Shown here one piece after another: positions 10,804-21,252 of a stretch of DNA of 64,000 bases. This DNA is from an uncultured Ruminococcus sp. (GTDB taxonomy: Bacteria; Bacillota; Clostridia; Oscillospirales; CAG-272): NCBI GenBank assembly GCA_964590755.1, contig CAZPYK010000002.1, forward strand, positions 11,135-75,134, written 5' to 3'. The notes below the pieces were generated by a model. The model had not been told where the DNA came from, did no database searches, and was given only the letters and a program-made list of their open reading frames with translations. Within the stretch, counting starts at the first letter, position 1. Each line of letters begins with the position of its first letter. Made by a program: the position numbers and the translations under genes.

Positions 10804-12281
10804 GCACGACAAGGTCGGGAGCCGACACAGCTCTCCCGCGAGGCTTCACTCCGCCGTGCGCCATGACCCGCCTTTCGGAGGACGAGACTGTGCTGTTGGC
10901 TTTTTCGGGAGGTGCCGATTCCTCGGCACTGCTCGATATGCTTCTCGGTATAGGCTGTCGCGTGGAATGTGCGCATCTTGAACACGGCATACGCGGAGAG
11001 ACCTCCGAGCGCGACGCACGCTTTTGCGTCGAAAGAGCGGAGACGCTCGGCGTTCCGATACATGTGGAACGAGTCGATGTTCCGCGCGTCGCCAAGGAGC
11101 GCGGGGAAGGGCTTGAGGAAGCTGCGCGGCGCGAGAGATATGAATTTTTCTCTCGGGTGATGCGAGAGCGCGGCATACGATTGCTGATCACGGCGCACAA
11201 TGCCGACGATCAGCTTGAAACGCTGTTGCTGCGTTTGACGCGAGGCAGCGGAGCGCGCGGGATGTGCGGCATTCCGCCGATACGCGAGCTCGGCGAGGGC
11301 ATGCTCGTTCTGCGTCCGATGCTCGAAGTCTCAAAGTCCGAGGTGCTTGAATATTGCGATGCGCGCGGCATTCCGTATGTCACCGATGAGACTAACGACG
11401 ATGTTGAGTATTCCAGAAATCGTATTCGTGCGAGAGTTATACCCGAGCTGAGGCGGATAAATCCCGCGGTAGCGGCGGCGGCGGGCAGGCTGGCGAACGG
11501 AGCGCGCGAGGACTGCGAATATCTTGATTCTCTTGCCGACGGATTTGTGTCCGACCTTGAGAACGGAGAGACGCCGACGTGCGAGCTTTCCGCGCTCGCG
11601 CGTCCGATAGCCCGCCGAGTCATAGAAAAGTTGTATGCGCGAGCGGGCGGTGTGATGCTTGAGGAAAAGCATTATGCAGAGCTGTTCAAGCTGTTGACCG
11701 ATGCGCCGCGGTGTCACCGCGAACGAAGGCTGTCGCTTCCCGCAGGTGTGTGCGCCGTGATAACGCACGATCGCTTGAAGTTCGTCTCAAGCACCGAGGC
11801 GGAGCGAATGACGGCGGAAAAAGAAGAGCTTCCCGCGGGGGAGAATTTCCCGCTTTTTGACGGCGAAAACCTTCTTCCGGGCGGAAGCACGGTGACGATC
11901 GGCGCGAATATTGGCGAAAAACTTGAAAATATAAATTTTGTTTACAAAGTGTCTACAAAGACGCTTCTGAATACTGATAAAATAAAAGGTAATCTTTATG
12001 CACGTCGGCGAGCGGCGGGGGATGTGATCCTGCACGGCGGCATGCATAAGAGCATAAAAAAACTGTTTTGCGACCGGGGGATCGACCCCGACGCGCGTGT
12101 CGTACTGCCGCTCATATGCGATGACGACGGTGTCGTTTACGTTCCGTTCATAGGCGTAAGGGACGGCATGGCGTATGACGGGACGGGGGAACGCACCTCT
12201 GTTATGGTGGCGCTTCCGACAGAACGGTATATCAAATCGCAAAGGATGGAAGAAAAAAATGATCGACAACATGACAGATGA
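10800..12281 (+). CDS. tilS: tRNA(Ile)-lysidine synthase
   Basis: AFSGGADS PP-loop, EEAARRERY, TAHNADDQLET, RNRIR; exact start uncertain. Confidence 0.93.
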   Translation: MSTTRSGADTALPRGFTPPCAMTRLSEDETVLLAFSGGADSSALLDMLLGIGCRVECAHLEHGIRGETSERDARFCVERAETLGVPIHVERVDVPRVAKERGEGLEEAARRERYEFFSRVMRERGIRLLITAHNADDQLETLLLRLTRGSGARGMCGIPPIRELGEGMLVLRPMLEVSKSEVLEYCDARGIPYVTDETNDDVEYSRNRIRARVIPELRRINPAVAAAAGRLANGAREDCEYLDSLADGFVSDLENGETPTCELSALARPIARRVIEKLYARAGGVMLEEKHYAELFKLLTDAPRCHRERRLSLPAGVCAVITHDRLKFVSSTEAERMTAEKEELPAGENFPLFDGENLLPGGSTVTIGANIGEKLENINFVYKVSTKTLLNTDKIKGNLYARRRAAGDVILHGGMHKSIKKLFCDRGIDPDARVVLPLICDDDGVVYVPFIGVRDGMAYDGTGERTSVMVALPTERYIKSQRMEEKNDRQHDR

Positions 12282-12819
12282 TATAGCATACAAGCTTGTG
12301 ACGGAAGAGCAGATAGATGAGATCACGACAAGGATAGCCGACGAGATCGACCGCGATTATGCCGACAGCGGCAAAAAACTGCTGCTTCTGTGCATACTTA
12401 AGGGTTCGGTGGTGTTTATGGGCGAGCTGATGAAAAAGATCAAGCGCCCGGTCGAGATCGACTTTATGAAGGTCTCCTCCTACGGTGGCGGCACCAGCAC
12501 CAGCGGCAGGATAAATATCCTGCTCGACCTTCACCGCGGGGATATGTCCGATATCGACATAATCGTTGTGGAGGATATAGTTGACAGCGGAAGAACGCTC
12601 TCATATCTTGAAGATTATCTGCGTCTCAAGGGCGCAAACAGCGTACGTTGCTGCACTATGCTCGATAAGCCCTCGCGCCGTCAGGTGGAATACACCCCGA
12701 GCTACGTCGGCACCGAGATACCCGATGTATTTGCCGTCGGATACGGACTTGACTATGACGAGCGCTATCGCACGCTCCCGTTTGTGGGCGTGCTGAAGCC
12801 GGAGATCTACAATAACTGA
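12259..12819 (+). CDS. hpt: Hypoxanthine phosphoribosyltransferase
   Basis: ILKGSVVF, VVEDIVDSGRTL PRPP motif, VGYGLDY. Confidence 0.95.
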   Translation: MIDNMTDDIAYKLVTEEQIDEITTRIADEIDRDYADSGKKLLLLCILKGSVVFMGELMKKIKRPVEIDFMKVSSYGGGTSTSGRINILLDLHRGDMSDIDIIVVEDIVDSGRTLSYLEDYLRLKGANSVRCCTMLDKPSRRQVEYTPSYVGTEIPDVFAVGYGLDYDERYRTLPFVGVLKPEIYNN

Positions 12820-12852
12820 CGCCCATCAAAAATCAGAAAGGCATTTTTCGTA

Positions 12853-14835
12853 ATGAGAAAAAGATCAGCATCAAACCTTAGGATAATAATTCTTTATCTT
12901 TTGGTAATCGGTATCGTCGTTTTCGTTGCCTCGGGGCTGCTCTCGCAGACCTCGGATGACAAGGCGACATACTCCACAATCGTTTCTTATTTTCAAGAGG
13001 AGCAGGTCGTTAAGTTCGAAATTTCGAAAAGCGACGTGCTTACAATGGAGCTCAAGGACGGCAAGATCATATCCTACAAGCTTAAGGATGTGGACTATTT
13101 CCGTGAAGATCTCGGTGATCTGATACTTGAGCAGTACCAAAACGGCATCATCACTTATTTTGAGTACGAGCCCGAGACGGTATGGCCCTGGTGGGTATCG
13201 CTCTTGCCGTATCTTGCGGTGATGGCGATCTGTGTTGCAATGTGGTTCTTTGCCATGAATCAAGTCGCCGGCAAGGGCGGAAAGATGAACGGCTTCGGAA
13301 AGGCAAGGGTGAAGACCTCTGCCGACACCGACGACAAGGATCGCGTGACCTTCCGCGATGTGGCGGGAGCGGACGAGGAAAAAGAGGAACTCAAAGAAAT
13401 AGTCGAGTTCCTTAAGGATCCGCAAAAATTCGCCAAGCTCGGCGCCAAGATACCGCACGGTGTGCTTTTGATGGGCCCTCCCGGCACGGGTAAGACATTG
13501 CTTGCCAAGGCTGTCGCGGGCGAGGCGAACGTTCCCTTCTTTTCAATATCCGGCTCCGATTTCGTTGAGATGTATGTCGGTGTCGGTGCATCGCGCGTGC
13601 GCGATCTCTTTGAGACCGCAAGAAAAGCACCCGCATCCATCGTGTTTATCGACGAGATAGACGCAGTGGGACGCCACCGCGGCGCGGGACTTGGCGGCGG
13701 TCATGACGAGCGTGAGCAGACACTCAACCAGCTGCTCGTTGAAATGGACGGCTTCGGCTCTCATGAGGGCATAATAGTCATGGCGGCGACCAACCGCCCC
13801 GATATACTTGACCCGGCGCTTTTGCGTCCCGGACGCTTTGACCGTCAGATAACCGTCAATTACCCCGATATCGACGGACGCGAGGCGATACTCAAAGTCC
13901 ATGCAAGAAACAAAAAGTTTGAGGATGACGTCGACTTTGCGGTGATAGCGAAAACGACATCCGGCTTTACCGGAGCCGATCTTGCCAATCTGCTCAACGA
14001 GGCGGCGCTGCTTGCCGTCAGACGCGGAAAGTCGCTGATCGGTATGGCGGATATCGAGGATGCCTTTATGAAGGTGCTGACCGGTCCGCAGAAGAAGTCG
14101 CGCAAGATGCTTGAGAGCGAGCGCCGCAACACGGCGTATCACGAGGCGGGACACGCGATCGTCGCATATTATATGCCGACACAGGATCCCGTGCATATGA
14201 TATCCATCATACCCGCGGGTCAGGCGCTCGGTGTTACCGTGTCTATACCCACGACCGATCGCTTCAGTGTTTATCGCAACGAGCTCAAGGAGCGCATAGC
14301 AGGGCTTCTGGGCGGCAGAGTTGCCGAGATGCTCACCTTCGGAGATTTTTCCGGCGGCGCGTCGAACGATATACAGCGTGCCACCGGTATTGCGCATTCT
14401 ATGGTCACTCAGCTGGGTATGTCGGATGAACTGGGGCCGATACGTTACGGCTCCAGCCACGGAGACGATATATTCTTGGGGCGTGATTTTTCCACTCAGC
14501 AGGATTATTCCGATTCCACCGCGGCAAAGATCGACGCCGAGGTGCACCGTATAGTGAACGAGGCGTTCGAGGCGGCAAAGAAGATATTGACCGAGCATGC
14601 CGACAAGCTGAAATTTGTTGCGGAATATCTTTTGACGCATGAAACGATGGACGGAGATCAGTTCCGCGCCGCGATGGAGCATGACGCCACCGAGGCGGAG
14701 CTGGAAGAGATAGCCGAGACAAAAAAACGTCGCAGCGCCGAGTCGAATAAGGCTCAAGCGGAGGCGGACAAGAAAAAAGAGGCGGAGACCGCCGACGCTC
14801 CCGATGAGTCGTCGGACGATGCACACGAGGAATAA
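12853..14835 (+). CDS. ftsH: ATP-dependent zinc metalloprotease FtsH
   Basis: Two TMs, [26 protein letters not shown]. Confidence 0.97.
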   Translation: MRKRSASNLRIIILYLLVIGIVVFVASGLLSQTSDDKATYSTIVSYFQEEQVVKFEISKSDVLTMELKDGKIISYKLKDVDYFREDLGDLILEQYQNGIITYFEYEPETVWPWWVSLLPYLAVMAICVAMWFFAMNQVAGKGGKMNGFGKARVKTSADTDDKDRVTFRDVAGADEEKEELKEIVEFLKDPQKFAKLGAKIPHGVLLMGPPGTGKTLLAKAVAGEANVPFFSISGSDFVEMYVGVGASRVRDLFETARKAPASIVFIDEIDAVGRHRGAGLGGGHDEREQTLNQLLVEMDGFGSHEGIIVMAATNRPDILDPALLRPGRFDRQITVNYPDIDGREAILKVHARNKKFEDDVDFAVIAKTTSGFTGADLANLLNEAALLAVRRGKSLIGMADIEDAFMKVLTGPQKKSRKMLESERRNTAYHEAGHAIVAYYMPTQDPVHMISIIPAGQALGVTVSIPTTDRFSVYRNELKERIAGLLGGRVAEMLTFGDFSGGASNDIQRATGIAHSMVTQLGMSDELGPIRYGSSHGDDIFLGRDFSTQQDYSDSTAAKIDAEVHRIVNEAFEAAKKILTEHADKLKFVAEYLLTHETMDGDQFRAAMEHDATEAELEEIAETKKRRSAESNKAQAEADKKKEAETADAPDESSDDAHEE

Positions 14836-14847
14836 TAAATATACGCA

Positions 14848-14890
14848 GATGGGCTGCGGGGTTCACACGACCCCGCGGCCCATCATTGTT
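14848..14890 (+). terminator. Terminator-like hairpin after ftsH
   Basis: GATGGGCTGCGGGG / CCCCGCGGCCCATC stem with a short T-rich tail. Confidence 0.6.
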
Positions 14891-14933
14891 CGGATATCGG
14901 TGAGCGTGCTGTTATACAGTTTCGAAAAAACGA

Positions 14934-14962
14934 TTGACAGCTTCAAAAGTGTATGATATAAT
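14934..14962 (+). promoter_or_regulatory. Consensus sigma-A promoter of the lipoprotein gene
   Basis: TTGACA-17 bp-TATAAT. Confidence 0.8.
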
Positions 14963-15018
14963 ATTATCAGACCCAATGCATAAAATGGGAAAACAACAAT
15001 TTTAAGGAGGGCTTCACA

Positions 15019-15558
15019 ATGAAGCGAAATGTACGAAAAAAGATCCTGCTTTTGACCGTTTGCGCCATGATCGTCGGTGCACTTTTGCTTACCGGGTGTC
15101 GTCCGCCGAACAATATTGACGACCCTTGGCTGGACACATGGCAAGCGGTCGTCGTCGACAAAAGCATCGAAGTGGAAAAGGTGGATGTAAGAATGACCTA
15201 TTCCGCGCTCTCATCGAGTTGGCCTCCGGACCCGCAAACAACAGCGGATTCCGACGTCATCGACAAACTGTTAAATGCATTGTCCGCCCCGGTCAATACG
15301 TTTTATTATTCTTACGAAGGTTACGAAACATCATTTAAGTTCGATGACTGGGTCAGCGGATTCCCAAAATGCAATTATTATTTTTTCGATTTTCATGTTT
15401 CGGGAAGTGACGAGATATTCAGCGTGCAGGTGACAAAGACCGGCTCCGGCATTGTGGCATATTCGCTCGGCAACGATCGGTATTTCAGGTGCGACAAAAT
15501 AAAGGATCTCGACGCATTGGTCGATGCTGTAAATGAGATTTTGGTCTTTGAATGGTAA
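15019..15558 (+). CDS. Hypothetical lipoprotein
   Basis: AAGGAGG RBS, basic N-terminus, hydrophobic stretch, lipobox LLTGC. Confidence 0.75.
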   Translation: MKRNVRKKILLLTVCAMIVGALLLTGCRPPNNIDDPWLDTWQAVVVDKSIEVEKVDVRMTYSALSSSWPPDPQTTADSDVIDKLLNALSAPVNTFYYSYEGYETSFKFDDWVSGFPKCNYYFFDFHVSGSDEIFSVQVTKTGSGIVAYSLGNDRYFRCDKIKDLDALVDAVNEILVFEW

Positions 15559-15596
15559 TTAAAATATAACACATAATATAAAAAGATTAAATATCA

Positions 15597-15642
15597 AAGC
15601 GCCGGCTCTTCTCCATGCGGTGAAGAGCCGGCGCTTGCTTTC
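15597..15642 (+). terminator. Rho-independent terminator
   Basis: AAGCGCCGGCTCTTC / GAAGAGCCGGCGCTT stem then GCTTT. Confidence 0.65.
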
Positions 15643-15730
15643 CGATCGTTCGGCTGTGCCGAACGATCGCTTCGAAGGACGAAAGACTTGTCGGGTGAGC
15701 CTATTGTGAGAAAAAATATACGTTCACGGA

Positions 15731-15759
15731 TTGACAACTGTGAAAAAGCATGGTAAAAT
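15731..15759 (+). promoter_or_regulatory. Sigma-A promoter of the TerB-ATPase-helicase operon
   Basis: TTGACA-17 bp-TAAAAT. Confidence 0.7.
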
Positions 15760-15817
15760 AATATATTACACCGATGTACCGTTAGATGGTAATATGCATG
15801 CAAAAGGAGAAAAGCGG

Positions 15818-17512
15818 ATGAAGAACGACGGGCAAAAAAACGCCGACTTGCGTGACGACATTGACAGCTTTTGGGATATATCCGAGTTGATGCCCAAGCG
15901 TCGGCATGCGTCGGCTCCTGCTCCGCACGGTTTGACCGAGACCGTGGAGCTGACCGTTGATGCCGATCGTGCGAAGCGGACACAAGCGTCGGACGCGCCG
16001 ACCTCGGTCAAGCTCCCCGAACGCGGGAACTGCGCTCGGCGGTCGGTCGGCGGAAACGATCCGCTTACCCGTGCGGCGGAATATTCCTATGATACAGGCC
16101 GCGCACTGATAAGGCATGTGGATGTGCTCGGTTGGCACAGTGAATATTCTTATTACCGGCAGTTCTATCGTCACGCCCTCTCTCTTGAGCACAGCAGTGG
16201 CGAGCAGGTTCCTCATGTGCATTTTTTCTCCTATATGCCGCAATACACCCAGCTCGGTACCGATGAGCTTCGCTTTTATGTTTGGTGGAGAGACGAGGTG
16301 CGCCGCGGAATCTGTCCGCCGGCGGATTACAGCTATGTGCTGCTTTATATTTATGAGCTTATAAATCTGTATTCCGGAACGCCGCGGGCGGGGACGGCAT
16401 TGTCTCAGCTTATGCTGATCTGGAAGAATTATCGCAAGGCGTATCCGAGGCTGGATGTCCAGCTTTCGGAATGGGTCTGCGACCTTTGCCTTATAAACGG
16501 ACTGGCGCCACCCGCCGACGAGCTTGCTCTTCTCGGCGGCTCGCCCTATCTTTCGGCGACACTGCGTGAATTCTATGTCGACGGCGCGTCGGGAGAAAAT
16601 GCATATGCCGCGGCACTGATGGCGTTTTGCTCGAATTACGATTGGAGAAAGAGCAAATACGCCGCGGGGGCGACGAAGCTTTATGAAAAGCACCTGCCGG
16701 CGGCGGTCGGTGCGGCGCTTGATGCAATGAAGCACGATGCCTCGCGCGGGCCGCACATGCAGAGCACTGTGATGATCCGCGACGCGTATGTCGGTGCGCT
16801 TTGTACGTCGCAAGCCAAAAAAAGACTGCGGATAGATTGCTTTTCCTTTTCAAGGTCGCACGAGCTGCGTTTTGCGGTGACGGATATTTTGAAGTATTCC
16901 GAAAACAAGCTCAGGGCGGCGATGGGGATACGCTCGCGGCTTTCGTACGGCCCTCTGCCTAACGTGGCTCGCGCGGCGGTAGACAGATATTTTTCGGAGC
17001 GGGTCTCATGTGCACCGCCGCATCCCGCAACGGTAAAAAAGACTCCGGTGCCCGAATACGAAAGGCTCTACGAGCCGTCGCCGGAGACGAATATGCTATC
17101 TATCGAGAATGCGGTGCGGATAGAGTCGGAATCATGGCAAACTACCGATAAGCTCATCGAGGCGTTTGCCGATGTGTGCGAGGACGAAGGGCATGAGACG
17201 ACGCTCGCACCGACCGAGACGGAAAGCGCCGACGATATCCTGCATGCCGAGGCAGAGAGCGAGGCGGCCGGGCAGATCGCCGACGATACGCTTGCGGCTT
17301 ATCGCGAGTTTATCCTTGCCGCGCTTGAGGGCGACGGAGCGCGTCAGCGCGAGCTTGCCGCAGAAGCGGGAAAGCTTGTCGACGCGGTCGCGGACGAGAT
17401 AAATGAGGCGGCTATCGCGCCCATTGGGGATGTGATACTTGAGGATGCGGGCGGATATTATACCTTGATAGCGGATTACGCAGATGATGTGCGTGCGCTT
17501 CTCGGATCGTGA
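15818..17512 (+). CDS. TerB-N / TerB-C domain protein
   Basis: FFSYMPQYTQL..ELRFYVWWR..YVLLYIYELIN (TerB-N like) and C-terminal LVDAVADEINEAAIAPIGDVILE (TerB-C like); AAGGAG RBS before 15818. Confidence 0.75.
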   Translation: MKNDGQKNADLRDDIDSFWDISELMPKRRHASAPAPHGLTETVELTVDADRAKRTQASDAPTSVKLPERGNCARRSVGGNDPLTRAAEYSYDTGRALIRHVDVLGWHSEYSYYRQFYRHALSLEHSSGEQVPHVHFFSYMPQYTQLGTDELRFYVWWRDEVRRGICPPADYSYVLLYIYELINLYSGTPRAGTALSQLMLIWKNYRKAYPRLDVQLSEWVCDLCLINGLAPPADELALLGGSPYLSATLREFYVDGASGENAYAAALMAFCSNYDWRKSKYAAGATKLYEKHLPAAVGAALDAMKHDASRGPHMQSTVMIRDAYVGALCTSQAKKRLRIDCFSFSRSHELRFAVTDILKYSENKLRAAMGIRSRLSYGPLPNVARAAVDRYFSERVSCAPPHPATVKKTPVPEYERLYEPSPETNMLSIENAVRIESESWQTTDKLIEAFADVCEDEGHETTLAPTETESADDILHAEAESEAAGQIADDTLAAYREFILAALEGDGARQRELAAEAGKLVDAVADEINEAAIAPIGDVILEDAGGYYTLIADYADDVRALLGS

Positions 17513-17539
17513 AAAAATGAAAGGAAATATCGGACAAAT

Positions 17540-18895
17540 ATGACGGACTACAGTACTCAACGGATACCGAAAAGAATACTTGCCTCGCTTTTGGCATCGG
17601 TTTCGGCGGGGGTCGTGCCGCGCGAGGGCGCACCGTATATCGCGATAGGGCGCCGCGACGAGATAGAGGCATTCCTTTCCGATCTTGAACTGGTCAACGA
17701 GGGTGGCGGAGCGATGCGCTTTCTTATAGGCAGATACGGCAGCGGAAAGAGCTTTCTTATTCAGCTTATCCGCGGATATGCGCTTGAACGCGGCTTTTTG
17801 ACCGCGGACGCGGATCTTTCCCCCGAGCGCAGGCTGTACGGCAGCGGCGGCTGTGGGCTGGCGACATATCGCGAGCTGATGAAGAATCTGGCATCCCGCA
17901 CCTCGCCCGACGGAGGCGCACTTCAAAAGGTGATCGCAAAATGGATCTTTTCTCTCAAGGAGAAGCACGGTACCGACGGTGAGGGATTGCTTTCCGCCGT
18001 GAGAGCCGAGCTGCGCGAGCTTGAATTTATGGTGGGCGGCTTTGACTTTGCCCGTGTGATATACGAATATTATCTTGCCGCCGAGCGGGGCGACGATGCG
18101 GCGGCATCCGCCTGCCTGCGCTGGATGCGCGGAGAATATTCCACCAAGACCGAGGCAAAGCGCGAGCTGGGATTTGATATATCCGGTATCATAACAGATT
18201 CGAATTGGTATGATTTTATCAAGCTGTGGGCGGCGCTCTCGCATAAGCTCGGATACCGCGGGCTGATCATATTCATCGACGAATGCGTGAATCTTTACAA
18301 GATACCGCATCGCGTGGCGCGCGAGAACAATTACGAGAAGATACTTTCGATGTTCAACGACACATGTCAGGGTCGGGCACCGTATCTTGAGATAGTGCTT
18401 GGAGGCACGCCGCAGTTTTTGGAGGACACGCGACGCGGTCTGTTCAGCTATGAGGCGTTGCGCTCTCGGCTCTGTGACAGCCGTTTTCAAAGTGCGGAGC
18501 TGAAAAACACAGTGGGACCGGTGCTCAGGCTTGCAAGACTCGGAGATGATGAGCTTTTGGCGCTCATCGTGCGAATGACCTCACTGCACGCGCAGTATTA
18601 CGGAATAGATGAGCGAATAACGGCGGAAGATCAGCTTGCGTTTTTAAAGCTCTGCCTCTCCCGCGCGGGCGCCGATATTATGATAACGCCGCGCGAGATG
18701 CTGCGCGACTATATGACGGTGCTTAACATTCTGATGCAGAATCCGCAGAAGAGCTTTGCGGATATCGTTGCCTCGGTTATGCCCGGCACCGATGCGTCGG
18801 ACCGATACGACGGTGAAAACGGCAACGGCGTCGGCAAAAGCGGCGGCGCGACAGGCGGAGCGAGCGCCTTCGATCCCGCGGACATAGATATTTGA
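17540..18895 (+). CDS. DUF2791 / BrxD-like P-loop ATPase
   Basis: AGVVPREG..IAIGR, Walker A GRYGSGKS, LSPERRL, Walker B IIFIDE, GLFSYEALRSRL, TPRE. Confidence 0.85.
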   Translation: MTDYSTQRIPKRILASLLASVSAGVVPREGAPYIAIGRRDEIEAFLSDLELVNEGGGAMRFLIGRYGSGKSFLIQLIRGYALERGFLTADADLSPERRLYGSGGCGLATYRELMKNLASRTSPDGGALQKVIAKWIFSLKEKHGTDGEGLLSAVRAELRELEFMVGGFDFARVIYEYYLAAERGDDAAASACLRWMRGEYSTKTEAKRELGFDISGIITDSNWYDFIKLWAALSHKLGYRGLIIFIDECVNLYKIPHRVARENNYEKILSMFNDTCQGRAPYLEIVLGGTPQFLEDTRRGLFSYEALRSRLCDSRFQSAELKNTVGPVLRLARLGDDELLALIVRMTSLHAQYYGIDERITAEDQLAFLKLCLSRAGADIMITPREMLRDYMTVLNILMQNPQKSFADIVASVMPGTDASDRYDGENGNGVGKSGGATGGASAFDPADIDI

Positions 18896-18902
18896 TGCCG
18901 AT

Positions 18903-21194
18903 ATGATGAACGACAACGAAATTTTCGAACGCTTTCCCGATTTTATCAGGGAATATATCTATTCTCATTCCTGGGAGGAGCTGCGCGCGGTGCAGACCGC
19001 GGCGGCAAAAAGCATTTTTTGCACCGAGAACGATCTTTTGCTGACCTCCTCCACCGCGTCGGGAAAGACCGAGGCGGCGTTCTTCCCGATACTGTCGCTT
19101 TTGTGGGAGGATATGCCGAGCACCGTGGGCGTGCTTTATATCGCTCCGCTCAAGAGCCTTATCAACGATCAGTTTTCAAGGCTTGACGAGCTGCTTGAGA
19201 TGAGCGGTATCCCCGTTACGCATTGGCACGGAGATGTTGCCGCCTCGCACAAAAACAAGCTGCTGAAGACCCCGCGCGGCATACTTCAGATCACTCCCGA
19301 GTCGCTTGAAGCGATGCTGATCAATCGCTCAAACGATATACCGAGGATCTTCGGCGATCTGCGCTTTGTGGTCATCGACGAGATTCACACCTTGACCGGA
19401 AGCGATCGCGGCAATCAGATAATCTGTCAGCTCTGTCGGATCGCCGCGCTGATAGGGCACTCTCCGCGTCGCGTCGGCTTATCGGCGACCGTGGGGGAGC
19501 CCGCACTTGCCGCAAAATGGCTCTCGGCGGGCAGCGGGCACAAGACCGATATTCCGATGATCCCGCCCGAGCGCTTGCGTTGGCGTCTGGGAATGGAGCA
19601 TTTTTATATCGGAGATCCATCCTTCGATCAGACCGCCGAAAGAGCGCAGGACGCGTTGCCAGCCGAGGCTTTGACGGCGAGCTCCGATAAGGGGGCTGCC
19701 GCCAAGCCTGCGGCGGCAATAGACGCGGGATATGAATTTCTTTATGACTGTGTCAAGGATAAAAAGGCGCTGGTGTTTTCCAATTCGCGCGAGGAGACCG
19801 AATATGTCACCGCGACACTGCGACAGATCGCCAAAAAACGCGGCGATGCGGATATTTTTCTGATCCATCACGGTAATCTTTCGGCATCGATACGCGAGGA
19901 AGCCGAACTTAAAATGAAGAATGACGAGATCGCGCGCGCCGTGACCTGCGCGACGGTGACGATGGAGCTCGGCATTGACATCGGCAAACTTGAGCGCGTG
20001 GCGCAAAGCGGAGCGCCGAATTCGGTGATGAGCTTTTTACAGCGGCTGGGGCGCTCGGGACGGCGCGGACAGCCGCCCGAAATGATGATGGTCTTTCGCG
20101 AGGAGGATGCGCTGCCGAACACTCCGTTGCCACAGCTGATACCGTGGGAGCTGCTTCGCGCGATAGCGATCGTTCAGCTTTATATCGAGGAGCGCTTCAT
20201 CGAGCCGCCCGGTCACAAAAAAATGCCGCTCAGCTTGGCTTTTCATCAAACGCTCAGCGTGTCGGCGGCATGCGGCGAGCTTAGTCCGCGCGCGCTGGCG
20301 GAAAGAGTGCTCTCGCTGCCTCCGCTTACCGAGATATCGCGCGAGGATTATCGCACGCTTATGATATCCATGTGCGAGAATGATTTTCTGGAGATGACCG
20401 ACGAAAAGGGACTTATCGTCGGGCTTGCGGGAGAGAAGCTGCTTTCTTCATTTAAGTTTTATGCCGTTTTTAAGGACAGCGAGGACTTTACCGTTCGATA
20501 TAAGTCGGACGAGATAGGCACGATAACCACACCGCCTCCCGTGGGTGACCGCTTTGCTCTTGCGGGCAGGGTCTGGGAGGTGGAGGAGCTGGACATTCCG
20601 CGCAAGCTTATCTATGTTCATCCCGTCGAGGGTAAAATGGAGGTCTCCTGGCCCGGCGATTACGGCGAAATACACACGCGCATACTTGAGCGCATGCGCC
20701 GTGTGCTTGAGGAGGATGTTATATATCCGTATCTCAAGCCCAACGCGGTGCGTCGGCTTCGGCATGCTCGTGCGCTTGCGCGCAGCACCGGAATGCTTGA
20801 GCATTCGATAATACATCTGGGCGGATACACATGGTGCATCTTCCCCTGGCTCGGTACTCGCGCCTTCAGGACCTTGCGGCGCTATTTGAGTTCAAAAGCG
20901 TCCGCTTTCGGAATAAGCGGTATCGATTATGAGGGCTGCTATTACATGACCTTCAAAATGGAGGGCGGAAACGATTATTCGCTTGCCCGCGGACTTGCGC
21001 GTCTTTCGAAAAGCGAGGGCATAGATCGTTTTTCTCTTGTCGGAGAAAGGGAATGCCCGACCACGGAAAAATACGACGACCGCGTGCCGCCCTCGCTCTT
21101 GCGTCGCGCGTATGCCGTCGATAAGCTGTCGCCCGAGGAGGTCGAGCGCAAGCTTGCCGAAATATTTGCGGAGTATGCCGACGGCGAGCCGTAA
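18903..21194 (+). CDS. Lhr-like SF2 DExH-box helicase (BrxHI-like)
   Basis: W.ELRAVQ Q-motif, TASGKTEAAF, APLKSLINDQ, TPESLE, DEIH, LSAT, HHGNLS, MELGIDIG, QRLGRSGR. Confidence 0.9.
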   Translation: MMNDNEIFERFPDFIREYIYSHSWEELRAVQTAAAKSIFCTENDLLLTSSTASGKTEAAFFPILSLLWEDMPSTVGVLYIAPLKSLINDQFSRLDELLEMSGIPVTHWHGDVAASHKNKLLKTPRGILQITPESLEAMLINRSNDIPRIFGDLRFVVIDEIHTLTGSDRGNQIICQLCRIAALIGHSPRRVGLSATVGEPALAAKWLSAGSGHKTDIPMIPPERLRWRLGMEHFYIGDPSFDQTAERAQDALPAEALTASSDKGAAAKPAAAIDAGYEFLYDCVKDKKALVFSNSREETEYVTATLRQIAKKRGDADIFLIHHGNLSASIREEAELKMKNDEIARAVTCATVTMELGIDIGKLERVAQSGAPNSVMSFLQRLGRSGRRGQPPEMMMVFREEDALPNTPLPQLIPWELLRAIAIVQLYIEERFIEPPGHKKMPLSLAFHQTLSVSAACGELSPRALAERVLSLPPLTEISREDYRTLMISMCENDFLEMTDEKGLIVGLAGEKLLSSFKFYAVFKDSEDFTVRYKSDEIGTITTPPPVGDRFALAGRVWEVEELDIPRKLIYVHPVEGKMEVSWPGDYGEIHTRILERMRRVLEEDVIYPYLKPNAVRRLRHARALARSTGMLEHSIIHLGGYTWCIFPWLGTRAFRTLRRYLSSKASAFGISGIDYEGCYYMTFKMEGGNDYSLARGLARLSKSEGIDRFSLVGERECPTTEKYDDRVPPSLLRRAYAVDKLSPEEVERKLAEIFAEYADGEP

Positions 21195-21200
21195 ATCAAT

Positions 21201-21252
21201 CATCCGGGCGCGTCTCACGTAAGCGAGACGCGCCCGGATGTCGTATTTTTTA
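21201..21252. terminator. Terminator hairpin between convergent operons
   Basis: CATCCGGGCGCGTCTC / GAGACGCGCCCGGATG perfect 16-bp stem with a T-tract downstream. Confidence 0.7.

Noticed and set aside
15818-21194. Calling the locus a complete BREX/Pgl system or a tellurite-resistance operon
   Set aside because: No pglX, pglZ, brxC, terC or terD genes in the window; only the BrxD/BrxHI-like pair and TerB-N/C domains are present.
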